From assembly GCA_017621415.1 (NCBI GenBank), contig JAGATD010000049.1, forward strand, positions 1,127 to 65,126: a DNA stretch of 64,000 nt. Direction: 5' to 3'. Position numbers and translations under genes: made by a program. The stretch comes from Clostridia bacterium (lineage in GTDB: Bacteria > Bacillota > Clostridia > Oscillospirales > CAG-272). Of this stretch, positions 38,351 through 49,237 are shown one piece after another (the first letter of the stretch is position 1; each line of letters begins with the position of its first letter). The notes beneath the pieces were generated by a model. That model did not search any database. It was not told where the DNA came from and saw only the letters and a program-made list of their open reading frames with translations.

Positions 38351-39240
38351 CAGTTGTAGGCAAAACACAGGACCTTGACCGTATTACCGCGGTTATGAGT
38401 ATGCTTGACAACGGACTTATGATAGAAGATTACAGCGATTTTTCTTTGAACGGTATGTACGGTGAGCTGGTTGATGACGAGATTCTCAACGCAGACAAGG
38501 AAACTGTAAAGGTCTCGCTTTTTGTACCCGAGGAGCGCAGCTTTATTGAGTACAAAACCTTCCTTGAAACAAGACTGCCCGCTATCGGAATTGAGGCGGT
38601 AATTGAAATTGACGGAATAGACGAGGACGACTGGGCTGAGAGCTGGAAGCAATATTACAAGCCTGTTCACCTTGACAAAATTACCGTTGTTCCCGCATGG
38701 GAGGAGTACACTCCCGCCAAGGGGGAAATAATTGTAAGAATGGACCCGGGAATGGCATTCGGTACAGGAACCCACGAGACAACAAGACTGGTTATTCGCC
38801 TTATGCAAAACGAAATTAAGGGCGGCGAAAGGCTTCTCGACGTTGGAACAGGATCCGGAATTCTGTCTATTTGCGCATCAAAGCTCGGTGCAGGCAGCTG
38901 TAACGCATATGACATAGACCCCACTGCTGTTAAGGTAGCGCAGGACAATGCCCTGTCCGACGGCTGCTACAATATTACCGTCGGTGTATCCGACCTGCTA
39001 AGGGGGGTTGACCTTTCGGGCGGAAAATACGATATATGTGTTGCGAATATTGTAGCTGATATAATTATAAGAATGCTTCCCGATGTCAGGGATTATCTGA
39101 AATGCGGCGCACCTCTCATTCTCTCCGGAATTATCGGTGAGAGAGCCGAGGAGGTAAGAGAGGCTGTTAAAGCTCAAGGATTCACGGTTGAAAAAGAGAT
39201 AAGTGAAAACGACTGGGTCGGTATGCTGGTTCGAATTTAA
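38326..39240 (+). CDS. prmA: Ribosomal protein L11 methyltransferase
   Basis: DW..WKQYYKP, DPGMAFGTGTHETT, DVGTGSGIL, VANI. Confidence 0.95.
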   Translation: MSKTWTKITVVGKTQDLDRITAVMSMLDNGLMIEDYSDFSLNGMYGELVDDEILNADKETVKVSLFVPEERSFIEYKTFLETRLPAIGIEAVIEIDGIDEDDWAESWKQYYKPVHLDKITVVPAWEEYTPAKGEIIVRMDPGMAFGTGTHETTRLVIRLMQNEIKGGERLLDVGTGSGILSICASKLGAGSCNAYDIDPTAVKVAQDNALSDGCYNITVGVSDLLRGVDLSGGKYDICVANIVADIIIRMLPDVRDYLKCGAPLILSGIIGERAEEVREAVKAQGFTVEKEISENDWVGMLVRI

Positions 39241-39279
39241 AGCAGAATTGAAAATAATAATTTACATTTTGGAGCTTTT

Positions 39280-40014
39280 ATGCCTAGATTTTTTGTAAAA
39301 GAAGAAAATATTTCGGAATCAAAAGTAAATATTATCGGTGACGATGCTTTTCATATTGCCCGCTCGTTGCGTATGGCAGTAGGAGATGAAATTACCGTAT
39401 CTGACGGACAGGGTAGCGCTCTTCTGTGCAGACTTACGAGAATACGAGATGACGAATGCGAATGTGAAATACAAAAAAAGCTTGAATGCAAGACCGAGCC
39501 CCCCTTCCCTATAACATTATGTATGGCTTACCCAAAAGGAGACAAGCTTGAAACGGTTGTACAAAAGGCGGTGGAGCTTGGAGCGACAAGAATAATTCCT
39601 TTCGAGTCATCAAGATGCATAAAGCGCCCAAAGGCAGAAAAGCAGGAAAAGCAAACTCAGCGCTTAAACAGAATTGCGGAAGAGGCGGCAAAGCAATGCG
39701 GCAGATGCACACTTCCGATAGTAACCCCTCCTATGTCTTACGCAGATATGCTTAAGGAAATATCCGAGACAGCACTTCGCATTTTTTGTTATGAGGATGA
39801 AAATAAAAGCAGCATAAAGGACCTGCTTTCAGATACCGTGTTGCCAAAGGATGCCGCAGTTATAGTTGGAAGCGAGGGCGGTTTTTCTCATGATGAGGCA
39901 GAAGAGGCAAAAAGACAAGGCTGCTCGCTTGTAAGCCTTGGCGGCAGAATTTTAAGATGCGAGACTGCACCCGACTTTGCCCTCTCAGCACTGATTTATC
40001 GTTTTGAGCTTTGA
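39280..40014 (+). CDS. rsmE: 16S rRNA m3U1498 methyltransferase
   Basis: HIARSLR, QKAVELG, EAAKQCGR, GSEGGF, LGGRILRCETA. Confidence 0.95.
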   Translation: MPRFFVKEENISESKVNIIGDDAFHIARSLRMAVGDEITVSDGQGSALLCRLTRIRDDECECEIQKKLECKTEPPFPITLCMAYPKGDKLETVVQKAVELGATRIIPFESSRCIKRPKAEKQEKQTQRLNRIAEEAAKQCGRCTLPIVTPPMSYADMLKEISETALRIFCYEDENKSSIKDLLSDTVLPKDAAVIVGSEGGFSHDEAEEAKRQGCSLVSLGGRILRCETAPDFALSALIYRFEL

Positions 40015-40338
40015 TTTTTCTTCCTAAGTATTATATATACGCGCTGTCATATTCGGCTTTATGCAAACTGCATAATTTGCAATCTGAACAAATTTCAGCA
40101 GTCAAAAAGCGAAAAAAAGCCAAAGATTGACACTTTTTTTGGCTCCTGTTGTTATATTTTACAAAGTTTTATCACTTTTTTTGTGAGTTTTTAAAACTTT
40201 TTTTAAAAAACTATTGAAAAATGTTAAAAAATGAGTTAAAATATAGTACAGTATTTACAAATCCTCATTCAGCGCGTTCAAAAGGCACTTTATGAGCGAT
40301 TTTATTTTTTGTTGACTTCAATTAAGGAAGGTTTTATT

Positions 40339-41424
40339 ATGTCAAATCGTATATTTCAAACAGTGATACATCAAATGAAGGATATCATTGGCCGCACAAT
40401 AGGCGTAATTGACGAAAACGGCATCGTTATTGCCTGCAGCGAGTTCTCCAAAATCGGCGAATCAAAGCAGAGAATACGCGAGGAGCTTGCATTTTCCTCA
40501 GAGACTGTCGTTTATGAGGATTATACCTACCGCTTTATCACCGTCGGCGACAAGAACGAGTGTATAGCCTTTGTTGAGGGTAGCGACACACATGCTGCAA
40601 AAATGGCAGAGCTCCTCGCTATCTTTCTCGGCAACATCAAGAGCCTTTATGATGAAAAGTATGACAAGGGCTCCTTTATCAAGAGTATTATCCTTGATAA
40701 CATTCTCCCAAGTGATATTTATATTAAATCTAACGAGCTCCACTTTACTAATGACGAAAACCGCGTTGTTATAGTTGTAAAGTTTATGCCCTCCCCCGAG
40801 CTTAAGCCCTACGAGATTGTAGAATCTCTTGTTGGCGGAGGCGAGTCCGACTATGTAATCAATATCAGCGAGCAGGACGTTGTTATCGTTCGCGAGATAG
40901 ACCGCGCTGTTGAGATTGAAGAGATTGAAAATTATTCAAAAGACCTTCTTGTAAGAATATCCAATGATTACGGAACTCATGCTCTTATCGGTATTTCCTC
41001 TATTGTCGAAAACCTTAAGGAGCTTGCAAGAGCTTACAAGGAAGCGAGAATCGCCCTTGAGGTTGGTAAGGTATTTGATATTGAGAAGCCCATAATGAGC
41101 TACAAAAATCTAGGTATTGGCAGACTTATTTATCAGCTTCCCACCACTCTTTGCGAGATATTCCTCGGTGAGGTATTTAAAAAGGGCTCGCTTGAGTCTC
41201 TTGACCGCGAAACTCTCATGACCGTTCAGAGCTTCTTTGAGAATAATCTTAATGTTTCCGAGACATCAAGAAAGCTTTTTGTTCACCGCAACACACTTGT
41301 TTACAGACTTGAGAAGATAAGAAAGCTCACCGGGCTTGACCTTCGTGAGTTTGACCATGCTGTTACCTTCAAGGTTGCTCTCATGGTTAAAAAGTATCTT
41401 TCCTCAAAGCCCACAAAGTTCTAA
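40339..41424 (+). CDS. CdaR/PucR family transcriptional regulator
   Basis: FFENNLNVSETSRKLFVHRNTLVYRLEKI C-terminal HTH. Confidence 0.92.
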   Translation: MSNRIFQTVIHQMKDIIGRTIGVIDENGIVIACSEFSKIGESKQRIREELAFSSETVVYEDYTYRFITVGDKNECIAFVEGSDTHAAKMAELLAIFLGNIKSLYDEKYDKGSFIKSIILDNILPSDIYIKSNELHFTNDENRVVIVVKFMPSPELKPYEIVESLVGGGESDYVINISEQDVVIVREIDRAVEIEEIENYSKDLLVRISNDYGTHALIGISSIVENLKELARAYKEARIALEVGKVFDIEKPIMSYKNLGIGRLIYQLPTTLCEIFLGEVFKKGSLESLDRETLMTVQSFFENNLNVSETSRKLFVHRNTLVYRLEKIRKLTGLDLREFDHAVTFKVALMVKKYLSSKPTKF

Positions 41425-41544
41425 GCTACATAGCCAAAATTAATACAAGAGGTTGTCGCCAATGCACGACAGCCTCAAAGTATGTAAAGGCATTTTTTTG
41501 ATTTTTATTTCATATAATATTTGGGTATTTAAAGAAGGTAGAAA

Positions 41545-42942
41545 ATGAAAAAAAGACAATTTTCACGACTTCTTCGTATATCGGTTGCAATACTGCTGCT
41601 CGCTGTACTTCTTTCTTGTATTTGCTCTTGCAGAGTTGAGCTCTCAAAAGAGGAGATTGTTGACAACATAAGCTCGGCAGAAGACAAAAGCTACAACTAT
41701 GTTTGGAACTATCTTGTTGATTTTGGTCTTCCCGAATTTGATAAAACAAAATTCACATGGGCAGAAAACGTTTTTGAGTACAACTTCAATTTAGAGGGTG
41801 GATTGCCTAAGACCCTCGACCATGCCAGATTAACCGCACTCACGTTTATCGAAAAGTATTATGATACTATTAATCTGGAAGACAAGGGTGATGTTACAGA
41901 TGCTCTTATCACCTGTTATGTAGATGCTATCGGTGACCCCTACTCTATCTACCGAACCCCTGTTGAGCAGGAGGATTACAGCGGTGATATGAGCGGTAAA
42001 TTCGGCGGCATAGGGGTTGTTATCGAGTATGACCACGAAGCCGAAACACTTATGGTTTCCTCTGTTTATATCGATTCCCCTGCTGAAAAGGCTGGCATTT
42101 TGGTTGGCGACTATATTGTCGGTGTTGAGGGAAAATCCATTGAAGAGATAGGGTACCTTAACGTTGTTAACCTTGTGCGCGGAGAAATCGGAACAGATGT
42201 AAGAATTACCTTAAAGCGCGGTGAGTCAACACTCGAGGTTGTTGCAACACGAGCCGAAGTTGAAGAGAAAACGGTTTCGTATGAAATTCTAGAGGGTAAT
42301 ATAGGCTATGTTCAGCTAGCCAGCTTTAAAGAAAACACCTTTAAGCAGTTTGCAGAGGCTATTGACTCACTTGAAGCATCCGGAGTTAAGGGATATATCT
42401 TTGATTTGAGGAACAATCTCGGCGGATTTGTTTCATCGGTAAGAGATATTGTATCCTACCTGATTCCTAACGGACATCCGATTATTTCTTATCAGTATAA
42501 AACAGGCGGTCTTACCGTTCTTGAGAGTACAGATGATATTCACCCCTCAAAAACCGATCCAACAGACTCATCAAAGCCCTTGACCAAGGATAATAAAATA
42601 ACCGCACCTATGGTTGTTCTCTGCAACGAGTATACAGCCTCAGCAGGAGAGCTGTTCACCGCCGCAATGCGGGACTATAACGAAAGCGGACTTATTAAGG
42701 CAACACTTGTAGGCGCTAAAACCTACGGTAAAGGTATAATGCAGTCTCAGGGCGCATATTTTGACGGCTCAACTATCACATTGACCGTTGCTTACTACAA
42801 TCCCCCAAGCGGTGAAAACTATCACATAGAGGGTATTACCCCAGACCATGTGATAGAAAATGAGCTTGACGGAAACAAGCTAATTGACAAGCAGCTTCCC
42901 AAGGCTATCGAAGAGCTGAACAAGCTGATAAATGCTAATTAA
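41545..42942 (+). CDS. S41 C-terminal processing peptidase with PDZ domain
   Basis: DPYS, FGGIG, SPAEKAG, DLRNNLGG, TASAGE, TYGKG, GITPD; N-terminal signal/lipobox. Confidence 0.9.
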   Translation: MKKRQFSRLLRISVAILLLAVLLSCICSCRVELSKEEIVDNISSAEDKSYNYVWNYLVDFGLPEFDKTKFTWAENVFEYNFNLEGGLPKTLDHARLTALTFIEKYYDTINLEDKGDVTDALITCYVDAIGDPYSIYRTPVEQEDYSGDMSGKFGGIGVVIEYDHEAETLMVSSVYIDSPAEKAGILVGDYIVGVEGKSIEEIGYLNVVNLVRGEIGTDVRITLKRGESTLEVVATRAEVEEKTVSYEILEGNIGYVQLASFKENTFKQFAEAIDSLEASGVKGYIFDLRNNLGGFVSSVRDIVSYLIPNGHPIISYQYKTGGLTVLESTDDIHPSKTDPTDSSKPLTKDNKITAPMVVLCNEYTASAGELFTAAMRDYNESGLIKATLVGAKTYGKGIMQSQGAYFDGSTITLTVAYYNPPSGENYHIEGITPDHVIENELDGNKLIDKQLPKAIEELNKLINAN

Positions 42943-42993
42943 GATTTACAAAAAACACATAATAATAGATATATAATCAGGAGAAATTTGAAA

Positions 42994-43473
42994 ATGGCAG
43001 AAAAGAAAATCTACACCCCTCAGGGCTTTAAGGCTCTCCAGGATGAGCTTGACTACCTCGTAAACGTAAGAGTTGAGGAAAATAAAAAGGAGATTTCTAC
43101 CGCACGCGCATTCGGCGACCTTTCGGAGAACTCCGAGTATGATGAGGCTAAGCAGGAGCAGGGAAAAATTCATGCGAGAATTGATGAGCTTCGCGAGATG
43201 ATTGCAAATGCTAAGGTTATTGATGAGTCTCAGATTGACGAAAGCAAGATAAGCGTTGGTTCTATCGTTGTTCTTTATAACGTAGAGCGCGGACGTGAAT
43301 TCACATATCACATTGTCGGATCATACGAGACCGACCCCAAAAACGGAAAAATTTCCGACTCCTCGCCCGTAGGACTTGCGCTTATCGGCGCGGGTGTCGG
43401 CGACGAGGTAGTTGTTGCGGGTGTTAAGGAGCAGCATCTTCAGATCAAGAGCGTTACCAGAGCAAAGGAATAA
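42994..43473 (+). CDS. greA: Transcription elongation factor GreA
   Basis: ARAFGDLSENSEYDEAK, ISDSSPVG. Confidence 0.96.
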   Translation: MAEKKIYTPQGFKALQDELDYLVNVRVEENKKEISTARAFGDLSENSEYDEAKQEQGKIHARIDELREMIANAKVIDESQIDESKISVGSIVVLYNVERGREFTYHIVGSYETDPKNGKISDSSPVGLALIGAGVGDEVVVAGVKEQHLQIKSVTRAKE

Positions 43474-43519
43474 TTTACTCTAAGACGTAGAAACCCATTG
43501 GCGGAAAGGACTAACAAAA

Positions 43520-45040
43520 ATGTCAAACCAGGAAAACACAAACCAGAATAATATAAATTCTACCAGCGAGCTTGCGGTACGCCGCGAAAAGCTGAATGCC
43601 CTTTACGAGTCGGGCAAGAATCCTTTTGAAATTACAAAGTACAATGTTACACATAAGAGCCTTGGCGCTATTGCGCTCTTTGAGGAAAAAGAGCCAACCC
43701 TTGCTGAGGGCGAAACGGTATCTGTCAGCATTGCGGGCAGAATGGTAAGCCGCAGAATTATGGGAAAGGCTTCTTTCGCGCATCTTCTTGACGGTGAGGG
43801 AAAAATTCAGCTCTATATCGCAAGAGACGGTATTGGCGAAGAGGATTATGCCGCATTTAAAAAGTGGGATATCGGTGATATAATTGGTATTGAGGGTCAT
43901 CTTTTCAGAACGAGAACAGGCGAGGTTTCGGTTCACGCAACCAAGGCTACGCTGCTTTCCAAGTCGCTTCTTCCCCTCCCTGAGAAGTTCCACGGTCTTA
44001 CCGACCTTGAGACAAGATACAGACAGAGATATGTTGACCTTATCGTTAACCCTGAGGTTAAGAAAAACTTTGTTATCCGTTCTCAGTTCATAAAGTTTAT
44101 GCGAAACTATCTTGACAACCGCGGATACATTGAGGTTGAAACTCCTGTTCTTAACACCATTGTTGGCGGAGCATCTGCACGTCCCTTTGTAACCCACCAC
44201 AACACTCTTGACATAGATATGTATATGCGTATCGCTACCGAGCTCCCCTTGAAGCGTCTTATCGTAGGCGGTATGGAGAGAGTATACGAGATTGGAAGAA
44301 TATTCCGCAATGAGGGTATGGACCCAAAGCACAATCCCGAGTTTACCTCTATTGAGCTTTATGAGGCTTATGCAGATTTCCACGATATGATGGACATCGC
44401 AGAGGGTATTATTTCGGGTGCGGCAAAGGCTATTCACGGCACATACGAGCTTGAATGGATGGGCGAGAAGATTGACCTTACTCCCGGCTGGAGAAGACTC
44501 ACTATGGTTGACGCAGTTAAGGAGTACGCAGGCGTTGACTTCGGCGCTATCACCGACAACGAGGAGGCTGTAAAGGCAGCAGAGGCTATTGGTGTTGAGC
44601 TTGCGGAGACAGCAGACAGAACCTGGGGCAACGCGCTTTATGCATGCTTTGACCAGAGAGTTGAAGAAAAGCTTATCCAGCCTACATTTATTACAATGTA
44701 CCCTGTTGAGGTTTCTCCTCTTACCAAGGCGAGCCCCGAGGATCCCAGAGTTACAGAGCGTTTTGAGCTCTTCGTTTGCCACAGTGAGCTTGCGAACGCA
44801 TATTCCGAGCTTAACGACCCCATTGTTCAGCGTGAGCGCTTTATGAAGCAGCTTGAGCTTCGTGACAGAGGCGACGACGAAGCAGAAATGCTCGACGAGG
44901 ACTTCCTTACTGCTATGGAGTACGGCATGCCCCCCACAGGAGGTATGGGTATCGGTGTTGACAGAACGGTTATGATGCTTACAGGCAACGACACTATTAG
45001 AGAAGTAATTCTCTTCCCCACTATGAAGCCCGAGGTTTAA
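43520..45040 (+). CDS. lysS: Lysine--tRNA ligase (class II)
   Basis: [46 protein letters not shown]. Confidence 0.97.
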   Translation: MSNQENTNQNNINSTSELAVRREKLNALYESGKNPFEITKYNVTHKSLGAIALFEEKEPTLAEGETVSVSIAGRMVSRRIMGKASFAHLLDGEGKIQLYIARDGIGEEDYAAFKKWDIGDIIGIEGHLFRTRTGEVSVHATKATLLSKSLLPLPEKFHGLTDLETRYRQRYVDLIVNPEVKKNFVIRSQFIKFMRNYLDNRGYIEVETPVLNTIVGGASARPFVTHHNTLDIDMYMRIATELPLKRLIVGGMERVYEIGRIFRNEGMDPKHNPEFTSIELYEAYADFHDMMDIAEGIISGAAKAIHGTYELEWMGEKIDLTPGWRRLTMVDAVKEYAGVDFGAITDNEEAVKAAEAIGVELAETADRTWGNALYACFDQRVEEKLIQPTFITMYPVEVSPLTKASPEDPRVTERFELFVCHSELANAYSELNDPIVQRERFMKQLELRDRGDDEAEMLDEDFLTAMEYGMPPTGGMGIGVDRTVMMLTGNDTIREVILFPTMKPEV

Positions 45041-45043
45041 TAG

Positions 45044-45229
<186 letters not shown>

Positions 45230-45285
45230 GGTAGAAGAACGAAGTAGGTCGCTTTTTGAAAAAAGCTCAGCAAAAACTTTAATAT

Positions 45286-45330
45286 AAAAAGAACTATGAA
45301 AATGCATTTGCAGATTCATAGTTCTTTTTT
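45286..45330. terminator. Bidirectional terminator
   Basis: AAAAAGAACTATGAA..TTCATAGTTCTTTTT. Confidence 0.8.
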
Positions 45331-45359
45331 GTTTGTGAAAATAGTTTTTCAGTCGGCTT

Positions 45360-45535
45360 TACAAGGCGCGATTATTTTTAGATAGAACACACGATCGGCC
45401 GCCGCCGGGAATAGTTATCCTATTACCATTGCAAGGTGCGAAATTTTTGAGATAGATTTGGTGATCGCGACCCGAAGGCATAGTTACCTATGTCGAGCGG
45501 GAGGGAGCGCCGAATATATCCGAAAATTTTAGCCT
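45360..45535. repeat. Two tandem degenerate copies of a palindromic element
   Basis: CAAGG(C/T)GCGA..TTTT..AGATAGA..GATCG..ATAGTTA(T)CCTAT unit x2; core shared with 17884-17897. Confidence 0.6.
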
Positions 45536-45542
45536 TTACTGA

Positions 45543-48500
45543 TTAGCCCTTGAAGTACTTAACCATATTTGCGAACATCTTTATATCATATTCGCCATAT
45601 ACATTGCGGTAAAGGTCCTTGCCGATACGCTCGGAGTGACCCATTTTACCGAATACACGTCCGTCAGGCGAGGTTATACCCTCAATTGCCCAGGATGAGC
45701 CGTTGGGGTTATACTGAATGTCGTAGGTTGCGTCTCCGTTTTCATCAACGTACTGGGTTGCAATCTGACCGTTCTTTTTAAGTCTCTCGAGAGTCTTCTC
45801 ATCAGCTAAGAATTTACCCTCACCGTGAGAGATAGGAACATTAACGATATCTCCGACATTGCAAAGAGAGAGCCAGGGAGACTTGTTTGAAGCAATTCTT
45901 GTTCTTACAATCTTTGACTGGTGGCGGGCGATGTTGTTGAATGTAAGAGTAGGACAGGACTCGTCGGTGTCCATAATCTTTCCGAAAGGCACAAGACCAA
46001 GCTTTACAAGAGCCTGGAAGCCGTTACAGATACCGCACATAAGACCGTCACGGCTATCAAGAAGATCTGTTACCGCTGCCTTTACTGCCGCACCTCTGAA
46101 GAATGCGGTAATAAATTTACCTGAGCCGTCTGGCTCGTCACCACCGGAGAATCCGCCGGGAACAAAGATAGCCTGTGACTCGGCAATCTTCTTAGCAAAT
46201 GTCTCTGCCGATCTCTTTACACCGTCTGCGGTAAGGTTATTTATAACAAATATCTCGGGATCCGCGCCTGCGTCTCTTACTGCCTTTGCGGAGTCGTATT
46301 CACAGTTTGTACCGGGGAATACGGGAATAAGAACATGGGGCTTTGCGCACTTAACCAAAGGCGCTGCAACCTTTTTCGCGTTATAGGAAACGGTCTCGGG
46401 CTTTTCTTCTTTAAAAGCTATATTGCAGGAATAAATTCCCTCAAGCTTTTCTTCATAAATATTCTCAAGGGTATTAAGGTCAATCTTTTCATCCTTGTAA
46501 TTAAGGCTGTAATCCTCGGTTATCATACCGACAATATCGCCGGCTCTTTCATTCTCAGCAACCTCGAGGAGGAATGCGCCGTAGTTATAACCGAAGATAT
46601 CATCGCTTGAAACTGTTGAGTCAAAGGTAAATCCGAGCTTGTTACCAAGACACATTTTAAGTACAGCCTCTGCAACACCGCCAAAGGTGGGAGTGTAAGC
46701 CGCATATACCTTTCCTGCTCTCATAAGCTCGTTTACTTTCTTATAAAGAGAGAGGAGAGAGTCTGCCTTGGGAAGACCGTTTTCGTCATAGTCGGGCTTA
46801 AGTATTACAAGCTTGTGTCCTGCTGCCTTAAACTCGGGAGAGATAGCATTTGCAGCCTTGTCGGTGGTTACCGCAAAGGAGATAAGTGTGGGAGGAACAT
46901 CAAGCTTCTCAAAGGAGCCGGACATAGAGTCCTTACCTCCGATAGCCGCAATTCCAAGCTCCATTTGCGCCTTGTATGCACCGAGGAGTGCCAAGAGGGG
47001 CTTACCCCAACGCTTAGGATCCTTGCCGGGCTTTTCGAAATACTCCTGGAATGTGAGATATACATCCTTATACTCAGCGCCTGTCGCAACAAGCTTTGAT
47101 GCAGACTCAACTACAGCAAGATATGCGCCGTGGTAGGGCGAAGCCGAGGAAATATCGGGGTTATATCCCCAAGACATAAAGGAAGCAAGGTCGGTATGAG
47201 CCTTTTCAACAGAAATCTTCTGCACCATTGCCTGAATGGGAGTTCTCTGATACTTACCGCCAAAGGGCATAAGGACAGTTCCCGCACCGATAGTGGAGTC
47301 AAATCTCTCAGACAGACCGCGCTTTGAGCAGATGTTAAGGTCGGATGCAACAGCCTTCATACCATCGCTAAAGCTTGCGGGCGCATTCTTTTTATAATCA
47401 ACAATTTTGGGAGTCTCGATTGTAATATGCTTTTCAGCACCGTTAGAGTTGAGGAAGTCACGGCTGATATCAACAATGGTTTTACCGTTCCAAGTCATTG
47501 TGAGTCTCGGATCAGCCTTTACTGTTGCAACAACGGTGGCTTCAAGGTTCTCGGAATCTGCAAGAGAAAGGAATCTATCCTTGTTCTCTGCTTCGATAAC
47601 AACCGCCATTCTCTCCTGAGACTCGGAAATTGCAAGCTCTGTTCCGTCAAGACCCTCATACTTCTTAGGTACTGCGTTAAGGTCGATGTCAAGACCGTCT
47701 GCAAGCTCACCGATAGCAACCGATACACCGCCTGCACCAAAGTCATTACATCTCTTTATCATAGCTGAAACTTCAGCATTTCTGAAGAGGCGCTGAATCT
47801 TTCTCTCCTCGGGCGCATTACCCTTTTGTACCTCTGCGCCGCAGTTTTCAAGAGACTTTAGGTTATGAGACTTGGATGAGCCTGTTGCGCCGCCGCAGCC
47901 GTCACGTCCTGTTCTGCCGCCAAGGAGGATTATAATATCTCCGGGAGCGGGAACCTCACGTCTTACATTTTTAGCGGGAGCTGCTGCGATAACCGCGCCA
48001 ACCTCCATATGCTTTGCGGCATAGCCATCGTGGTAAATTTCATCTACGATACCTGTCGCGAGACCGATCTGGTTACCGTATGAGGAATATCCAGCTGCCG
48101 CAGTTGTAACTATCTTACGCTGGGGAAGCTTGCCCGCAAGGGTCTCGGAAAGAGGCTTTGTGGGGTCTGCAGCGCCCGTAAGACGCATTGCGCCATAAAC
48201 ATAAGAACGTCCTGAGAGAGGGTCACGGATTGCACCGCCGATACAGGTTGCGGCACCGCCAAAGGGCTCAATCTCTGTGGGATGGTTGTGGGTCTCGTTC
48301 TTGAAGAGGAGAAGCCAGGGCTCCTTTTTTCCGTCAACATCTACTGTAATCTTTACAGTACAAGCGTTGATTTCCTCGGATTCGTCAAGTCCCTCAAGCT
48401 TGCCTGCCTTTTTTAGGCACTTTGCCGCAATTGTACCAATGTCCATAAGGTTTATTGGCTTTGTTCTGTTAAGGTACTCGCGGGAGGAGATGTAATCATT

Positions 48501-49235
48501 ATACGCCTTCTCAAGCACCTCATCCTCAAACTTAACCGCATCAACGGTTGTAAGGAATGTGGTGTGACGGCAGTGGTCGGACCAGTATGTATCTATCATC
48601 TTGATTTCGGTGATAGTGGGACATCTGCCCTCTTTCTTAAAATACTGCTGACAGAACTTAATATCGTCAAGGTCCATAGCAAGGCCCTTTTCTGCAATGA
48701 AAGCAGCAAGTCCGTCAGAATCAAGGTCAAGGAAGCCGTCAAGTGTTGCAACAGTCGTGGGAACCGCATACTCGGTAGCAAGAGTTTCACGGGTTGCAAG
48801 AGATGCTTCTCTTGCTTCAACGGGATTGATAACGTGCTTTTTAATTCTCGAAACATCATCCTTTGTAAGTCTGCCGTAAAGCATATATACCTTTGCGGAT
48901 GCGACAGTAGGCTTGTCACCCTGAGAAATAAGCTGAATACACTGAGCTGCAGAGTCTGCTCTCTGGTCAAACTGACCGGGCAGGAATTCTGTTGCAAAAA
49001 CTACCGCGCCGTCATTCTCAACATTCTTATAAACGTCATCAAGCTGAGGCTCGGAGAATACTGTGCCAACCGCGTAGTTAAACAACTCCTCTGTAATATT
49101 TTCAGCATCGTATCTGTTAATAATTCTCACACGCTCAACAGACTCAATACCGAGGAAGGTTTTTATTTCAGAAAGAAGAGCTCTTGCCTCATTGTCGAGG
49201 CCTGCCTTTTTCTCAACATAAATACGATATACCAT
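45543..49235 (-). CDS. purL: Phosphoribosylformylglycinamidine synthase (fused, large type)
   Basis: YWSDHCRH, KNETHNHPTE, DFGAGG, SESQERM, GGKDSMS, GICNGFQ, MGHSER. Confidence 0.97.
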   Translation of the reverse strand: MVYRIYVEKKAGLDNEARALLSEIKTFLGIESVERVRIINRYDAENITEELFNYAVGTVFSEPQLDDVYKNVENDGAVVFATEFLPGQFDQRADSAAQCIQLISQGDKPTVASAKVYMLYGRLTKDDVSRIKKHVINPVEAREASLATRETLATEYAVPTTVATLDGFLDLDSDGLAAFIAEKGLAMDLDDIKFCQQYFKKEGRCPTITEIKMIDTYWSDHCRHTTFLTTVDAVKFEDEVLEKAYNDYISSREYLNRTKPINLMDIGTIAAKCLKKAGKLEGLDESEEINACTVKITVDVDGKKEPWLLLFKNETHNHPTEIEPFGGAATCIGGAIRDPLSGRSYVYGAMRLTGAADPTKPLSETLAGKLPQRKIVTTAAAGYSSYGNQIGLATGIVDEIYHDGYAAKHMEVGAVIAAAPAKNVRREVPAPGDIIILLGGRTGRDGCGGATGSSKSHNLKSLENCGAEVQKGNAPEERKIQRLFRNAEVSAMIKRCNDFGAGGVSVAIGELADGLDIDLNAVPKKYEGLDGTELAISESQERMAVVIEAENKDRFLSLADSENLEATVVATVKADPRLTMTWNGKTIVDISRDFLNSNGAEKHITIETPKIVDYKKNAPASFSDGMKAVASDLNICSKRGLSERFDSTIGAGTVLMPFGGKYQRTPIQAMVQKISVEKAHTDLASFMSWGYNPDISSASPYHGAYLAVVESASKLVATGAEYKDVYLTFQEYFEKPGKDPKRWGKPLLALLGAYKAQMELGIAAIGGKDSMSGSFEKLDVPPTLISFAVTTDKAANAISPEFKAAGHKLVILKPDYDENGLPKADSLLSLYKKVNELMRAGKVYAAYTPTFGGVAEAVLKMCLGNKLGFTFDSTVSSDDIFGYNYGAFLLEVAENERAGDIVGMITEDYSLNYKDEKIDLNTLENIYEEKLEGIYSCNIAFKEEKPETVSYNAKKVAAPLVKCAKPHVLIPVFPGTNCEYDSAKAVRDAGADPEIFVINNLTADGVKRSAETFAKKIAESQAIFVPGGFSGGDEPDGSGKFITAFFRGAAVKAAVTDLLDSRDGLMCGICNGFQALVKLGLVPFGKIMDTDESCPTLTFNNIARHQSKIVRTRIASNKSPWLSLCNVGDIVNVPISHGEGKFLADEKTLERLKKNGQIATQYVDENGDATYDIQYNPNGSSWAIEGITSPDGRVFGKMGHSERIGKDLYRNVYGEYDIKMFANMVKYFKG

Positions 49236-49237
49236 TT

